Source of the DNA: a virus
Lineage: Duplodnaviria > Caudoviricetes
IMG/VR virus record: IMGVR_UViG_3300035661_004715
Coordinates: 1-38,711 of that record
Direction: 5' to 3' (one strand)
DNA length: 38,711 bases
Position numbers and translations under genes: made by a program. A model generated the notes under the pieces. That model did not search any database, was not told the origin of the DNA, and saw nothing but the letters and a program-made list of their open reading frames with translations. Below are positions 26,728 through 35,889 of the stretch, one piece after another. The first letter of the stretch is position 1. Each line of letters begins with the position of its first letter.

Positions 26728-27329
26728 TGCCTGTTCATCCCGACTGGCCCCGCCTCGAAGCGCTCATGCCCGCCGTCCGCGAGTTCCAAGACCTCGCTCG
26801 TGAGCACGGCATTGACGACGTGTTCCAGGACAATGGCGGCAAAATTCTACAGATGCTGCTCGCTCTGAATCTCCAGGGCATTCCGGGTCGGGAAGGCAAC
26901 GATGCCGTCGATGCTGAAGGCCGGGAATATGAGCTGAAGAGCGTCAATATCTGGCTCACCGCCAGCTTCTCAACGAACCACCACGTCAATATCCCTATCC
27001 TCAACAAGTACCGCGAAGTTCAGTGGGTCTTCGCGATCTACGAAGGCATTGAGATGCGCCGCGCCTATGCGATGCCGGCGGAGACACTCGAACCATTCTT
27101 CGCCGCTTGGGAAGCCAAATGGCTGAAGGATGAGCGGGACATCAACAACCCGAAAATCCCGCTGACCTTCGTGATCAATGAGGGAGAGCTCGTTTTCTCG
27201 GATCAGCGCGAGCTCGATCTGCAGAATGCCGGCGCGATCCGTAGGGCAAAGACCAAGGCGTCTGCCGACCGGCGTGCCGCCAAGGCGCTCGCGCAAGCCG
27301 AGCTCATCGAATCTCTTGAGGACGAATAG
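26727..27329 (+). CDS. pvuIIR: Type II restriction endonuclease, PvuII-like
   Basis: HPD, FQDNGGK, PGREGNDAVD, EYELKS, FSTNHH and DINNPKIP motifs. Confidence 0.9.
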   Translation: MPVHPDWPRLEALMPAVREFQDLAREHGIDDVFQDNGGKILQMLLALNLQGIPGREGNDAVDAEGREYELKSVNIWLTASFSTNHHVNIPILNKYREVQWVFAIYEGIEMRRAYAMPAETLEPFFAAWEAKWLKDERDINNPKIPLTFVINEGELVFSDQRELDLQNAGAIRRAKTKASADRRAAKALAQAELIESLEDE

Positions 27330-27334
27330 AAGAA

Positions 27335-27356
27335 AGCAGGCCCCGGGGGGCCTGCT
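27335..27356. terminator. Hairpin between convergent genes
   Basis: AGCAGGCCCC/GGGGCCTGCT stem. Confidence 0.65.
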
Positions 27357-27359
27357 GAG

Positions 27360-27709
27360 TTAGAACAGCGATAGCTGCTGTCCGGTGACCTCCTGCCGTC
27401 GCCACGCCCGGCTCTTAGCTTCGAGGTTCAGCCAGTTCTCTACGAACGCCGCCGGCCCGCCAGCGGCCTCTACGGGGCCTGGTTCATGAAACAGCGAGCG
27501 ATAGCCCGTCTCCGTCATCGGCAGCCTCGCCCTCGCCGGCCGGATTGCCTCCAGCTCAAGGTGGGCATGGTTGTGCCCGTGCTTGGCGTGCACCCCAGCC
27601 AGTCTGCCTCGTACCGCACCTCGATCTCGATTCCTTCCCATGTCAGCCGTCCGGTCCATATGTCGCGCTTCGGCTCATCTGTTGTTTCCAGGGTCTTCTT
27701 CGCTTTCAT
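27360..27709 (-). pseudogene. Frameshifted conserved protein ending in QLSLF
   Basis: N-half (WEGIEIEVRYEADWLG) and C-half (AHLEL..LPMTETGYRS..QLSLF) lie in different frames; one extra G at 27593-27596 joins them. Confidence 0.65.
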
Positions 27710-27740
27710 CGCACCACTCCTCTTCCGGGGATAAGTATAA

Positions 27741-27860
27741 ACCCCCGCTCGTGGCGGGGGTCTTAGGTGCTGTTGGCGGCGGCGATGTTTTGATGATTTA
27801 TCGTTGGGCTGAGCCTTACCTATCGTCCCATGAAAAGGCCCCGCACGGTGGCGGGGCCTT
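27741..27860. repeat. Two related CCCCGC...GTGGCGGGG hairpins
   Basis: ACCCCCGCTCGTGGCGGGGGT at 27741 and AAGGCCCCGCACGGTGGCGGGGCCTT at 27835. Confidence 0.6.
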
Positions 27861-27963
27861 GGGGATAGCCACTCGTCCGGATGCGCCCCGGAAGTCGGGC
27901 TGGCAGGTTTACGCGGTCAGTCTCCCCGATACGCCTGCGAGATGCGCCGAATGGCATTTCCCG

Positions 27964-28677
27964 TCAGGTGACGGGTTCACAGAAGCCGTCGATGACCTGG
28001 TGCAGAGCACTGGTCGTTTGCGGGTTTTCCGCGACCCGGCCGGTGAGGGCGAAGGTAGCGGCATTGAACAGACGCCAGGCCGTCTCCTCCCCCCAGTCAT
28101 GCGGGGGGTTTTGGTAGGCTTCGAGCACGTCAGAGATGCGGGTCAGGTTGATCACGTCGCGGCGATAGAGCTGCATGATGGCGTGGTCCACCTGGGCCTC
28201 TCCGAGGGCCGTACGGCGGTAGGCGTCGAACATGGCGGCCTGGCGCTGCCGTTGGTCCCGAAGCGGCTCCACGACCTCGGCGACGAGGCCGGGAAGATCC
28301 CGCTTGGCGTTGGCCGTGTGCTTGCGCTTGATGACGTGATCGCCGTTGAAGGCGAGGTTGTCACAGACGAAGACGCGGCTGCCGAAGCTGATGCCGATCG
28401 GGAAGCGCTTATCGTTGGAATTGCGCAGGCCGACCGTGTCCGTGTAGTCGCCATAGGGCGAGCGCAGCGACAGAAGGCCGAAGAAGCGAAGGCCATCCGG
28501 CGTGACGCCGTAGTTCTCGTCGACGATTTCGTGCTCGTAGAAGCCGAGCGCGTACTTTACCATGTCGACTACAGCGTAGTGCGCGATTGGGACGTGGCTC
28601 TCGGTGGCGTCGGGGATAGGCAGTTCGCGGAGTTTGGCGTAATCGACGGGTTCCGCGCCCGAGTGAAGCATAAGCAT
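27964..28677 (-). CDS. DUF932 family protein
   Basis: GLRNSND, RVFVCDNLAF, RKHT and TAWRLFNAAT motifs. Confidence 0.8.
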   Translation of the reverse strand: MLMLHSGAEPVDYAKLRELPIPDATESHVPIAHYAVVDMVKYALGFYEHEIVDENYGVTPDGLRFFGLLSLRSPYGDYTDTVGLRNSNDKRFPIGISFGSRVFVCDNLAFNGDHVIKRKHTANAKRDLPGLVAEVVEPLRDQRQRQAAMFDAYRRTALGEAQVDHAIMQLYRRDVINLTRISDVLEAYQNPPHDWGEETAWRLFNAATFALTGRVAENPQTTSALHQVIDGFCEPVT

Positions 28678-28771
28678 CGAAGTCTCTCCAGTTGTGAAAG
28701 GGCAACTGGAAGTATTGTAACGCGCGGTAGTCAGTTTAATTCAGCCAACTTGAGTATATGGGGATTGAACC

Positions 28772-29086
28772 GTGGGGCATTATCTTAATTTCCAGTGCCT
28801 TTTGTGCACCGAATTTCAAGTCCGCCCGGAGCATAAAGAGTGCGCTCGTGGTAGCGGTTGTGGCTTTGAGACCGGAAGGTGGCAACGCCTTTCCGACGAT
28901 CAATCGGAATTTGTGAGGTCCGAGTATGAGGAGCAGCAGCTAGCGGCCGACAGGGCGAAGGAGCCTCGGCAACTGTTGATGTTGGCCGGCGGCGTCGTGG
29001 GAGGGATCGTGGCGTTCTTGTATTTGGCATCTCATCTCTTTCAGATTTCGTACTTCATCTCCAACGGGCGGTGGCCGGGCAAATAG
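28772..29086 (+). CDS. Hypothetical membrane protein
   Basis: Cys-rich N-terminus and one C-terminal TM helix. Confidence 0.45.
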   Translation: MGHYLNFQCLLCTEFQVRPEHKECARGSGCGFETGRWQRLSDDQSEFVRSEYEEQQLAADRAKEPRQLLMLAGGVVGGIVAFLYLASHLFQISYFISNGRWPGK

Positions 29087-29115
29087 GAGCACCCCCGTTT
29101 CCGAGGGTGCTGATG

Positions 29116-29721
29116 TCATGCTCTCTTATGGAGCGGCACGACGTTGGTCGGCTGGAAGTCGGCCGGAAGCCAAGCCTCCGTAACTCCGACGTATCCGAGA
29201 AGCACGCCGTCTTCATCCCGGAAAGGGACAAGGACATAGCCGCGCGCCACTCCCTTGCCGGCATAGCCGATCCCGTGGGCCTTGCAGAAAGCAGGATCGA
29301 AGCCGACGGCATCGACTGCTTCATGGTCAGGCTCGAGGTAGCTCAACGGCTGGAGCTTCTGCGTCTCCTTGCCCGTCTCGCTCTGGGGAACGGTACGAGA
29401 CCGTACAGTACCACTGGTACTGTCCCGCTCGTGGACTGGTACTATACCGGCGCGCACGGCGAGCTCTTGGGCGGCCTCTTTGGCCGGCAGCTCAAGCACA
29501 TGCGCGGCGAGTGCGATCTGATCCCCGCCTTTTCGTTGGCCCCAGCAGTAGAAGCCTTTGCCTTCTGTGACGACGAGGGCGCGGTCGCCAGCGCTGTCGC
29601 ACGTAGGGCATGGCCCGCGCCACTGGTTGCCTGAGTGTTTGAGCTTGAGGCCGAGGTAGTCGATAGCATCCGAGAAGGAAACGGATTCCTTTACGGCAGC
29701 GAAGTCGATGAACTTGGTCAT
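29116..29721 (-). CDS. CHC2 zinc-finger (DnaG ZBD-like) protein lacking TOPRIM
   Basis: RGPCPTC, FYCW..GGDQI and VPFRDEDG.LLGY.G motifs; ends before any TOPRIM domain; SD GGAGG supports ATG 29721. Confidence 0.75.
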   Translation of the reverse strand: MTKFIDFAAVKESVSFSDAIDYLGLKLKHSGNQWRGPCPTCDSAGDRALVVTEGKGFYCWGQRKGGDQIALAAHVLELPAKEAAQELAVRAGIVPVHERDSTSGTVRSRTVPQSETGKETQKLQPLSYLEPDHEAVDAVGFDPAFCKAHGIGYAGKGVARGYVLVPFRDEDGVLLGYVGVTEAWLPADFQPTNVVPLHKRA

Positions 29722-29853
29722 CGTAGCCTCCATGGTGCATGGGAAGAACTCCTGTGTTCCTCCTCAATTCTACCACGGGGCTATCCCCAGCTACTGCGTC
29801 CGGGGGTGTACAGCCGTGCTTGAATGAGTGTGGATATTGAAAGGAGACACCTC

Positions 29854-30030
29854 ATGTCCAACCGCCCGGACTACGACGTCTTTGTCAGCCAGAAAAACGG
29901 CGACAAGAATTTCTACACGAAGGTCGGTGCCGCCTGGAACGTCGCCAAGGACGGCATCTCGATCAAGCTGCAAGCCCTGCCGCTGGATGGGAACCTGGTA
30001 CTGTTCCCGCCCAAAGACCCGGACGAATAG
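29854..30030 (+). CDS. Small beta-sheet protein (KVGAAW motif, DUF736-like)
   Basis: SD AAGGAG; FYTKVGAAW...GISIKLQALP.DG.LVLFPP. Confidence 0.75.
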   Translation: MSNRPDYDVFVSQKNGDKNFYTKVGAAWNVAKDGISIKLQALPLDGNLVLFPPKDPDE

Positions 30031-30142
30031 TCCACACCCCGCGTCTAGGCGCGGGGTTCTGCTTGGTATGATTAAGGGGCGAGTTCATAGCTCGTATGAT
30101 GTGATGCCCCTGAAACCGCCGATGACTCCGGCGGTTTTTGCG

Positions 30143-31081
30143 TCATGGGCGGTTGATGTGCTTCGGCTCGCTGGTGGTCGCCCATGGCTGGTCGAGTAGG
30201 TTCACGAGGAGCGAACGGGGCACGCGCCAGTTAGCGCCGAACGACGCATCCGACGTTACCGCGAACCGTCCCTCGAACTGCTGGTCACCATGCTTCTTCA
30301 CGTAGTCGAGGATGTTGCGGCCGTGCGTGGCGTTGGTCGTGACGGTGAGAACGGTGAGGTTCGGCAGGCCGAAATGCGCCTGGTAGGTGCGGTTGCGCAG
30401 AATCTCGAAGTAGCCGGCGATCTTCTTGCCGAATGAGTTCTGGTCGAGGTTCTTCCGCTCGATGCTCTCGGTGTTGCGGTCGATTTCCACGGCGAAGAAG
30501 CGGAAGCCTGCGCCCGGGTACTCGATGCCAAATAAGTCGTCCGGAACGATGAATTTCTGAGAGCCCATCTCTGAGAGAGGAATAGCCATCGGGTTGCCCT
30601 CGTGCCGGGGGCATTTCTCGTGCGCAAGTATCTCCGCGCGGGGGATGTACCGAAGCCCGTTCCACCTCGCCACGATCTCAATGGAAGCCGCGACGCAAGC
30701 GCCCATGAGCTGATGCAGGAAGGCGTCGGCACGCTTGGCTGCGACGGTCACGCCACGCTCAGCGAGCACAGCCTTGGCCCTGGGCGTCAGGTCGTACACG
30801 ATGTGCTGACAGTGGGCGTTGTAGGCGGCGAACTGCTGAGGGGGGCGGAAGAGGTAGGGGCCGCCGTGGTCGCCGTTGTAGAGCTGAGTCAGACGGTACT
30901 GGAAGTTTGCATAGTTCTTCCGGATTGGGCGGATGAACTCGAACAGGTAGTGCGTCGGCAGCGGGCCGTGGCGGTTTATTGCCTCGAAGATGAGGTACTC
31001 CGCTTCGGTCAGGACGATGCCTTTGGAGACCGCGCTCGGCGGCTCGAAGCGGATGCGTCTATTGAGGCTGTCCGTTTTCAT
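30143..31081 (-). CDS. Replication-relaxation (Replic_Relax) family relaxase
   Basis: wHTH-like N-terminus, FLHQL, PDDLFG, FFAVEIDRNTE, K...Y and VLTVT motifs. Confidence 0.8.
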   Translation of the reverse strand: MKTDSLNRRIRFEPPSAVSKGIVLTEAEYLIFEAINRHGPLPTHYLFEFIRPIRKNYANFQYRLTQLYNGDHGGPYLFRPPQQFAAYNAHCQHIVYDLTPRAKAVLAERGVTVAAKRADAFLHQLMGACVAASIEIVARWNGLRYIPRAEILAHEKCPRHEGNPMAIPLSEMGSQKFIVPDDLFGIEYPGAGFRFFAVEIDRNTESIERKNLDQNSFGKKIAGYFEILRNRTYQAHFGLPNLTVLTVTTNATHGRNILDYVKKHGDQQFEGRFAVTSDASFGANWRVPRSLLVNLLDQPWATTSEPKHINRP

Positions 31082-31182
31082 ACATGAGGAGATAACTGCA
31101 CGCGCTGCGGTCGTAACCGTTCGGCATGGGCAGCGATGGGTAGGGGTATTCCGCTACGAGCGAGAATGAACACCCTGAAATT

Positions 31183-33225
31183 CTACCATTCCGACGAGAT
31201 GTCTTCGTCCGGCGGTGGGGACACAGCTTTGCGGATAGTCATCGTCGCGTGCCCGGTGACTGCTGGCGGCTCGGGTTCAGGCGGAGGTAGCGCTCCCCTG
31301 CTCCCCAGGGATACGCGGGCGCGGTTGGCCAGCATGAAGGCGTCAAAGTCGTCCGGCGACATCTTGGGCAGTCGGTCGATAGACCCTACGCCTACCGGGA
31401 TAGAGACGGCGTGCGGCGTCACGTTCCGGATATGCGCTGCGAAATGAAGGCGGGGCTGGTCGTTGATAAAATCGGCCGTGGTCCGCATGTCGGGGGCCAT
31501 GTAGCGGGCGTCCGCGGCTGAGAGCCCAGCGGCGAACTTGGCCCCGGAGTTGGCGGCAAGGCTAGCCCGCAGAGAAGACGACGCCTGGTCGAGATACTGG
31601 TGAGCGAGCACCAATCCGCAACGGTACTTCCGGGCGTCCGTGAGTAGGTCGTCGATGTTGCTGTCGAAGTAGGACGCTGCCTCGTCGACGATGAGGAACG
31701 TGTCCTTCCGCTGGCTCTCCTTGATGGCCGCCCGCTCAAGGATTGCCTGAAGCGTGAGCGATATGAAGATGCGGCCAAAGTTCGAGGATGCGCCCTTGAG
31801 GAAGTCCTTTGCGGTATCGACGAGGATGACGCTGCCCCGGTTCATCTCCTGGAAGAGGTCGATCTTCGTGTCTGGGCTCGTGAACAGCCGCGCGATGGTC
31901 GGGTTCTCGATGATAGCCTGCAAGCGATAGCGTATCTGCTCCTTCGTCTGCGCGAAGGTCTTGCTCATGAAGTCCTGCATGAAGAAGTCGCGCGGGATCT
32001 CCGGCAGTGCGCGGATGGCGTCCATGTAGGGCGTCGGGTCCAACATGAGCTTCATCATGTCGAGGATCGTAGCGTTGCGGCCCATCGTCTCCGGCAGCGA
32101 CAGCATGAGGCGGGCGACATAGCGGAAGAAGACGCCCTGCTTGGCGGTGAGGTCCGCGCCTAAGAGGCCGGTGAAAAGGTAGTCGAAGGTCTGGATGACG
32201 CCGGCCGATACCTGCTCGCGGGTGGCTTCGTCGTAGCCCTTCATGCGTTCCTGGTTGACGGCGAAGACGTTGAGCGCGGGCGGGTTATGGATGTCTCTGG
32301 GGTCGATGACGATGAGGCGGTCTTCGATACCTATATCGGCATGGACGAGCCTGCGGATGAGGTCGCCGTGGGGGTCGATGATGACGAGGCTGGGGGGATC
32401 GTCGGACGCCAGGTCGTGCAGGATGAGGTTCTCGATGAGCGAGGTCTTCCCGGCCCCGGTGCCGCCGACGATGTGCATGTGGTTCATGCGGTCGTCGTGC
32501 GTGAGTTTAAGCGGGACGGACGTATTGAAGAGCTCGTGGAAGGTCGTATCAGCCAGATAGCGGTCGGCTAGCTCGTTCAACGCAAAGCGGCTGTCGGGTG
32601 CCCGAACGAGAGGCTTCTTGCTGTTCTGATCGTCCGGGTCTCGACCGGACGCCGCGCAGAGGTTTCGGATCATCTGGTTCGATGTCGGCCGGAACATGCC
32701 GCAGTCCGCGTACTCGTCGCGCAGGAAGGTGTTGAGTATCTGATCCATCACGAGCGCCGGCTTCGCGAGCGTGTAGCCGAGCGGGATAGTGAATGGTGTC
32801 GGGTTCTGGGTGCGGGGCAGGAGCTCGCCAATCCCAGTCAGGATCGAAACAAGGCCCTCATGCAAGAGGTCGAGCATCTTCTGCTGGTTCAGGAAAAAGT
32901 ACTGCTTCCGGTGCAGGAGATTTCGATAGTCGACGAACTCCTTGAGGCTCATACGCTCGAAGTTCGGCGGCTCGATCTCAAACAGGTACTCCTCGCCGAC
33001 GATGAGGTCGTACATGACGAGGATAAGCGCGCTCCTCACCTCCTCAGAAAACGGCGAGAGGTGCGGATAGACGCGCTGCCCTATCGTAGCGGGAGTCTCG
33101 CCGAAGCGATCCTGGTGAGCGCGCACCCACGCATATAACTGCTGCGCCTCGTCGAACTCCCTCCCCTTCTCGTCCGTAAAGCGACGGAGGAAGGGGACGT
33201 ACGTCGAAGGGCGAGGGAACTCCAT
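31183..33225 (-). CDS. Type IV coupling protein-like ATPase (VirD4/TraD/TrwB-like)
   Basis: HMHIVGGTGAGKT, IIDPHGD, LIVDEA and ARKYRCGLVLAHQYLDQ; start at MEFPRP through a TGATG overlap. Confidence 0.85.
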   Translation of the reverse strand: MEFPRPSTYVPFLRRFTDEKGREFDEAQQLYAWVRAHQDRFGETPATIGQRVYPHLSPFSEEVRSALILVMYDLIVGEEYLFEIEPPNFERMSLKEFVDYRNLLHRKQYFFLNQQKMLDLLHEGLVSILTGIGELLPRTQNPTPFTIPLGYTLAKPALVMDQILNTFLRDEYADCGMFRPTSNQMIRNLCAASGRDPDDQNSKKPLVRAPDSRFALNELADRYLADTTFHELFNTSVPLKLTHDDRMNHMHIVGGTGAGKTSLIENLILHDLASDDPPSLVIIDPHGDLIRRLVHADIGIEDRLIVIDPRDIHNPPALNVFAVNQERMKGYDEATREQVSAGVIQTFDYLFTGLLGADLTAKQGVFFRYVARLMLSLPETMGRNATILDMMKLMLDPTPYMDAIRALPEIPRDFFMQDFMSKTFAQTKEQIRYRLQAIIENPTIARLFTSPDTKIDLFQEMNRGSVILVDTAKDFLKGASSNFGRIFISLTLQAILERAAIKESQRKDTFLIVDEAASYFDSNIDDLLTDARKYRCGLVLAHQYLDQASSSLRASLAANSGAKFAAGLSAADARYMAPDMRTTADFINDQPRLHFAAHIRNVTPHAVSIPVGVGSIDRLPKMSPDDFDAFMLANRARVSLGSRGALPPPEPEPPAVTGHATMTIRKAVSPPPDEDISSEW

Positions 33226-34016
33226 CAGTTCTTCTTCAGATAAAAGTACGCCCCGAGCCCCGCAATTAGCGGGACGCCCAGATGCACCATGAGCGACGCC
33301 TTCAGGCCCAGGACGAGTAGGCCGAGCACCCCGCCAACGACGCATGCCCAGAGTATCGGACGTCGCCGAGCGGGTCGGGTCCGCTCGTTGAACCAGGCGA
33401 TGACGCGGTCAAGGTCGCTCGGACCCCCAGCGGTCGAGGCCGATGCGCTGTAGGAGCTTCCCACGTAGTCAGGACCCGCAAGTACTGGGTCGGCCGTCCG
33501 ATGCATGGCCTGGGTTCGCGGAAGGGCGGCCTGTGCCTGCGGGGGTGCGATAGCTAAGGGTGCTGGCGCTGTAGCCGTCACTGTGGGTTCATCCTGGTCG
33601 AAATCAACGACCACTTCACGGCCGTCAAAGGTAGCCGCGAGACCGAGATAGCCCTTGAGGTTTTGACAGGCCGTCATGATGGCCTCCTCGGTGCCGAGCA
33701 GTTCCTCCATGCTCTTGCACTCGACGTGCTGGCCATTGCGTAGACTGCCGATGCTTATGTTGAGGTTCATAGCGGCCATCGCCAGTGTGGCGAGGGACTT
33801 CAAACCGCCGATTGCTGAGCCGTCGTTTTGGCCCTGGCTCTTGTCGAGAAGGCGGCGGGCCGCCTCGCTGTTGTAGATCACCTGCTTCTCCATCTTGTAC
33901 CGCTTGATGTCAGCAGCTTCCGCGTCAGTGAAAGTGACGCGGGCGTCGAGGCAGAAGATTACGGTTTTCGACATGACGCCAGCATCGCGCTGCGAGCGCT
34001 GTAACTTGAGTTGCAT
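33225..34016 (-). CDS. Membrane protein with two C-terminal TM helices
   Basis: Globular N-domain, Pro/Ala linker and 2 TM helices; translationally coupled to the ATPase. Confidence 0.7.
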   Translation of the reverse strand: MQLKLQRSQRDAGVMSKTVIFCLDARVTFTDAEAADIKRYKMEKQVIYNSEAARRLLDKSQGQNDGSAIGGLKSLATLAMAAMNLNISIGSLRNGQHVECKSMEELLGTEEAIMTACQNLKGYLGLAATFDGREVVVDFDQDEPTVTATAPAPLAIAPPQAQAALPRTQAMHRTADPVLAGPDYVGSSYSASASTAGGPSDLDRVIAWFNERTRPARRRPILWACVVGGVLGLLVLGLKASLMVHLGVPLIAGLGAYFYLKKN

Positions 34017-34077
34017 GGAGCCCTCCCCGGCTACTCAAAATGGAACCCCGCCGCCGGGAAGAGTCAAGAGAACCGGG

Positions 34078-34842
34078 TTATCTGGGATTGATCATGCTCT
34101 CGATCAGGTCGTTGTAGCCGTTGGTATTCGGAAGGATGCCGGCATAGAGCGCCAGCGTCTTCGCGTCCTCCGGCGTGCAGCGGCTCCCGACCTTCGTCCC
34201 GATCTGCATGAGCTGGTTGCGGAGCTTCGGAACCTCGTCGAATGAGGTGATGCCCGCTACTAGCCGGCCCTGGCGTATGAGGCTGGTGTGGAAGGGGCAG
34301 GCATAAAAGCCGAAGTCCGGAATGACGACGGTGCCGGGGTACTGCGAGATCAGCAGGTTCGCGAGCACGAAGCAGTCGAAGTCCCCGAGCACGGCGCGGT
34401 CAAGCCTGGCGATGATGGTGCCCTTGAAAGACATGTTCGTCGGCCTGGTAAGGACATTCTCAAGGACAGGAGAGAGGAGCAATGTCTGTATCTTTTGGTA
34501 CGCGTACCTAGTGTCCTTACTGTCCTTGATAAGCTCCGCGAGCTTCCGTGGCTTGCCGTCGAGCGCTTCGAGTATCTGGAAGGTAGCGTTCGCCTTCGTG
34601 AGCGTGTTCTCACCTTCGGGAAATATCGCATTGAGGACATCGACGAACTCGCGCGCCCTCAGATAGGACATGTCCTTGAGCGGGTTGAACGAGTGTTCTC
34701 GGACATCAAAGACCGTGGTGCTCCTGCGCTCGGGCATATCCAGCGCGTCGATGATCGGCCCGTCGTCGATGATGAGAAAGCGATCGGGTGGTATGTACTG
34801 TAAAAGCGGTTCCTTATCGGAGCCGACGATGAGGGCATTCAT
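34078..34842 (-). CDS. Degenerate coupling-ATPase-like protein
   Basis: ALIVGSDK, FLIIDDG, FNPL and VVIPDFGFY align in order with T4CP motifs but lack GxxGxGKT and DE. Confidence 0.55.
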   Translation of the reverse strand: MNALIVGSDKEPLLQYIPPDRFLIIDDGPIIDALDMPERRSTTVFDVREHSFNPLKDMSYLRAREFVDVLNAIFPEGENTLTKANATFQILEALDGKPRKLAELIKDSKDTRYAYQKIQTLLLSPVLENVLTRPTNMSFKGTIIARLDRAVLGDFDCFVLANLLISQYPGTVVIPDFGFYACPFHTSLIRQGRLVAGITSFDEVPKLRNQLMQIGTKVGSRCTPEDAKTLALYAGILPNTNGYNDLIESMINPR

Positions 34843-34978
34843 GGGTCGGGAGGAGTAGAGCCTCGTCTCGTGTAGGGTGCTCCCGCCGACCACGAAACAA
34901 GGTACAATCCCTGCTCATTATAGCTTGATTTTCTGTTCACCTTTTGTTCCCTTCTGCAAATCGCTAGGGGAAATGTGC

Positions 34979-35182
34979 CTACTGTCCCCTCGCCTCCTTC
35001 TTCGCACTGCGTGCGTTCTGCATGAGCTTGAGGTGCGCCGCCTTCTCCTCGGCCGTCCTTCCTGCCCATCGTGCTATGCCTCGCTTGCTAGCTTCGGCCT
35101 TTCGCTGCTCCGGTGTGAGCCTAGCGTGGCGTGCTGACGCGATCTCGCGTAGATGCTGTCTGAGGGTCTTTTCTTTGGTCAT
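34979..35182 (-). CDS. Small basic protein
   Basis: LTPEQRKAEASKRGIARW helical repeat. Confidence 0.6.
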   Translation of the reverse strand: MTKEKTLRQHLREIASARHARLTPEQRKAEASKRGIARWAGRTAEEKAAHLKLMQNARSAKKEARGQ

Positions 35183-35202
35183 ATGTGTTTCGTTGGGAAT
35201 CA

Positions 35203-35233
35203 GAAAGCCGCCGGACTATGCCTGGCGGCTTTC
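35203..35233 (-). terminator. Intrinsic terminator
   Basis: GAAAGCCGCC/GGCGGCTTTC stem. Confidence 0.7.
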
Positions 35234-35272
35234 GTTGTTACTAGTGGTTGAAGTTTGGTTCGTTCATGGTTG

Positions 35273-35368
35273 CTATTCGCACTCGCACCAGTCCTTTGGT
35301 TTGCCGCACTCGTCGCAACCCTCGCAGTAGCGAATGAATATGGCGGCTCTTACTTCGTCGTCCGTCAT
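35273..35368 (-). CDS. 31-aa Cys-rich peptide
   Basis: MTDDEVRAAIFIRYCEGCDECGKPKDWCECE; starts 1 nt after the upstream stop. Confidence 0.4.
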   Translation of the reverse strand: MTDDEVRAAIFIRYCEGCDECGKPKDWCECE

Positions 35369-35369
35369 G

Positions 35370-35834
35370 CTATGCGGAGATTGCCGCGAGGTCTTTAGTA
35401 AGCGAAGAGAATATCTCCTGCGCCTCATCGCCTCCTGCGAATAGCTTCAGCGTGTAATCTCGTTTCAGACCTGTGAGCTTTTCACGACCCGTGCGGGTAG
35501 TTTTGTCAAAATCCTCAAGCACCTTCGGCGTATGACCGCCTCCGACAACGAGTTCTGGTTCGCTGGAATTGTAATTGCGCACACGGTAGCCAAGCGAAGT
35601 GAGAGCTTCTTCTGCCTGCTCTTTTGCGTCATGCGCCTGAACCCACGTTTTCATAAGGTTGGCGGCTGCTACTGGCGGCTTCTCCTCAATCTGCTTTTCC
35701 AGAGCCGCACGCTCCTTGTTGCGATTTGTAGAGTAGACGGTTTCCGCGCTTTCGATGTCAGCGAGTAGCAGTTTCTCTAGCTTGCGCTTCTCCTCCATGT
35801 TCAGCTTGCGCGGAACTAATATTGCTTCTTTCAT
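35370..35834 (-). CDS. Helical hypothetical protein
   Basis: 154-aa ORF; upstream promoter TTGCAT-16-TATGAT at 35876-35903. Confidence 0.7.
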   Translation of the reverse strand: MKEAILVPRKLNMEEKRKLEKLLLADIESAETVYSTNRNKERAALEKQIEEKPPVAAANLMKTWVQAHDAKEQAEEALTSLGYRVRNYNSSEPELVVGGGHTPKVLEDFDKTTRTGREKLTGLKRDYTLKLFAGGDEAQEIFSSLTKDLAAISA

Positions 35835-35889
35835 ACAGTTGGATTGCTAGTGAGGCCTTATTGCCTCACCTATGTATCATACACGCATG

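Noticed and set aside
27571-28788. 405-aa plus-strand ORF
   Set aside because: Antisense shadow of the DUF932 gene, with no recognisable motifs; typical of GC-rich DNA
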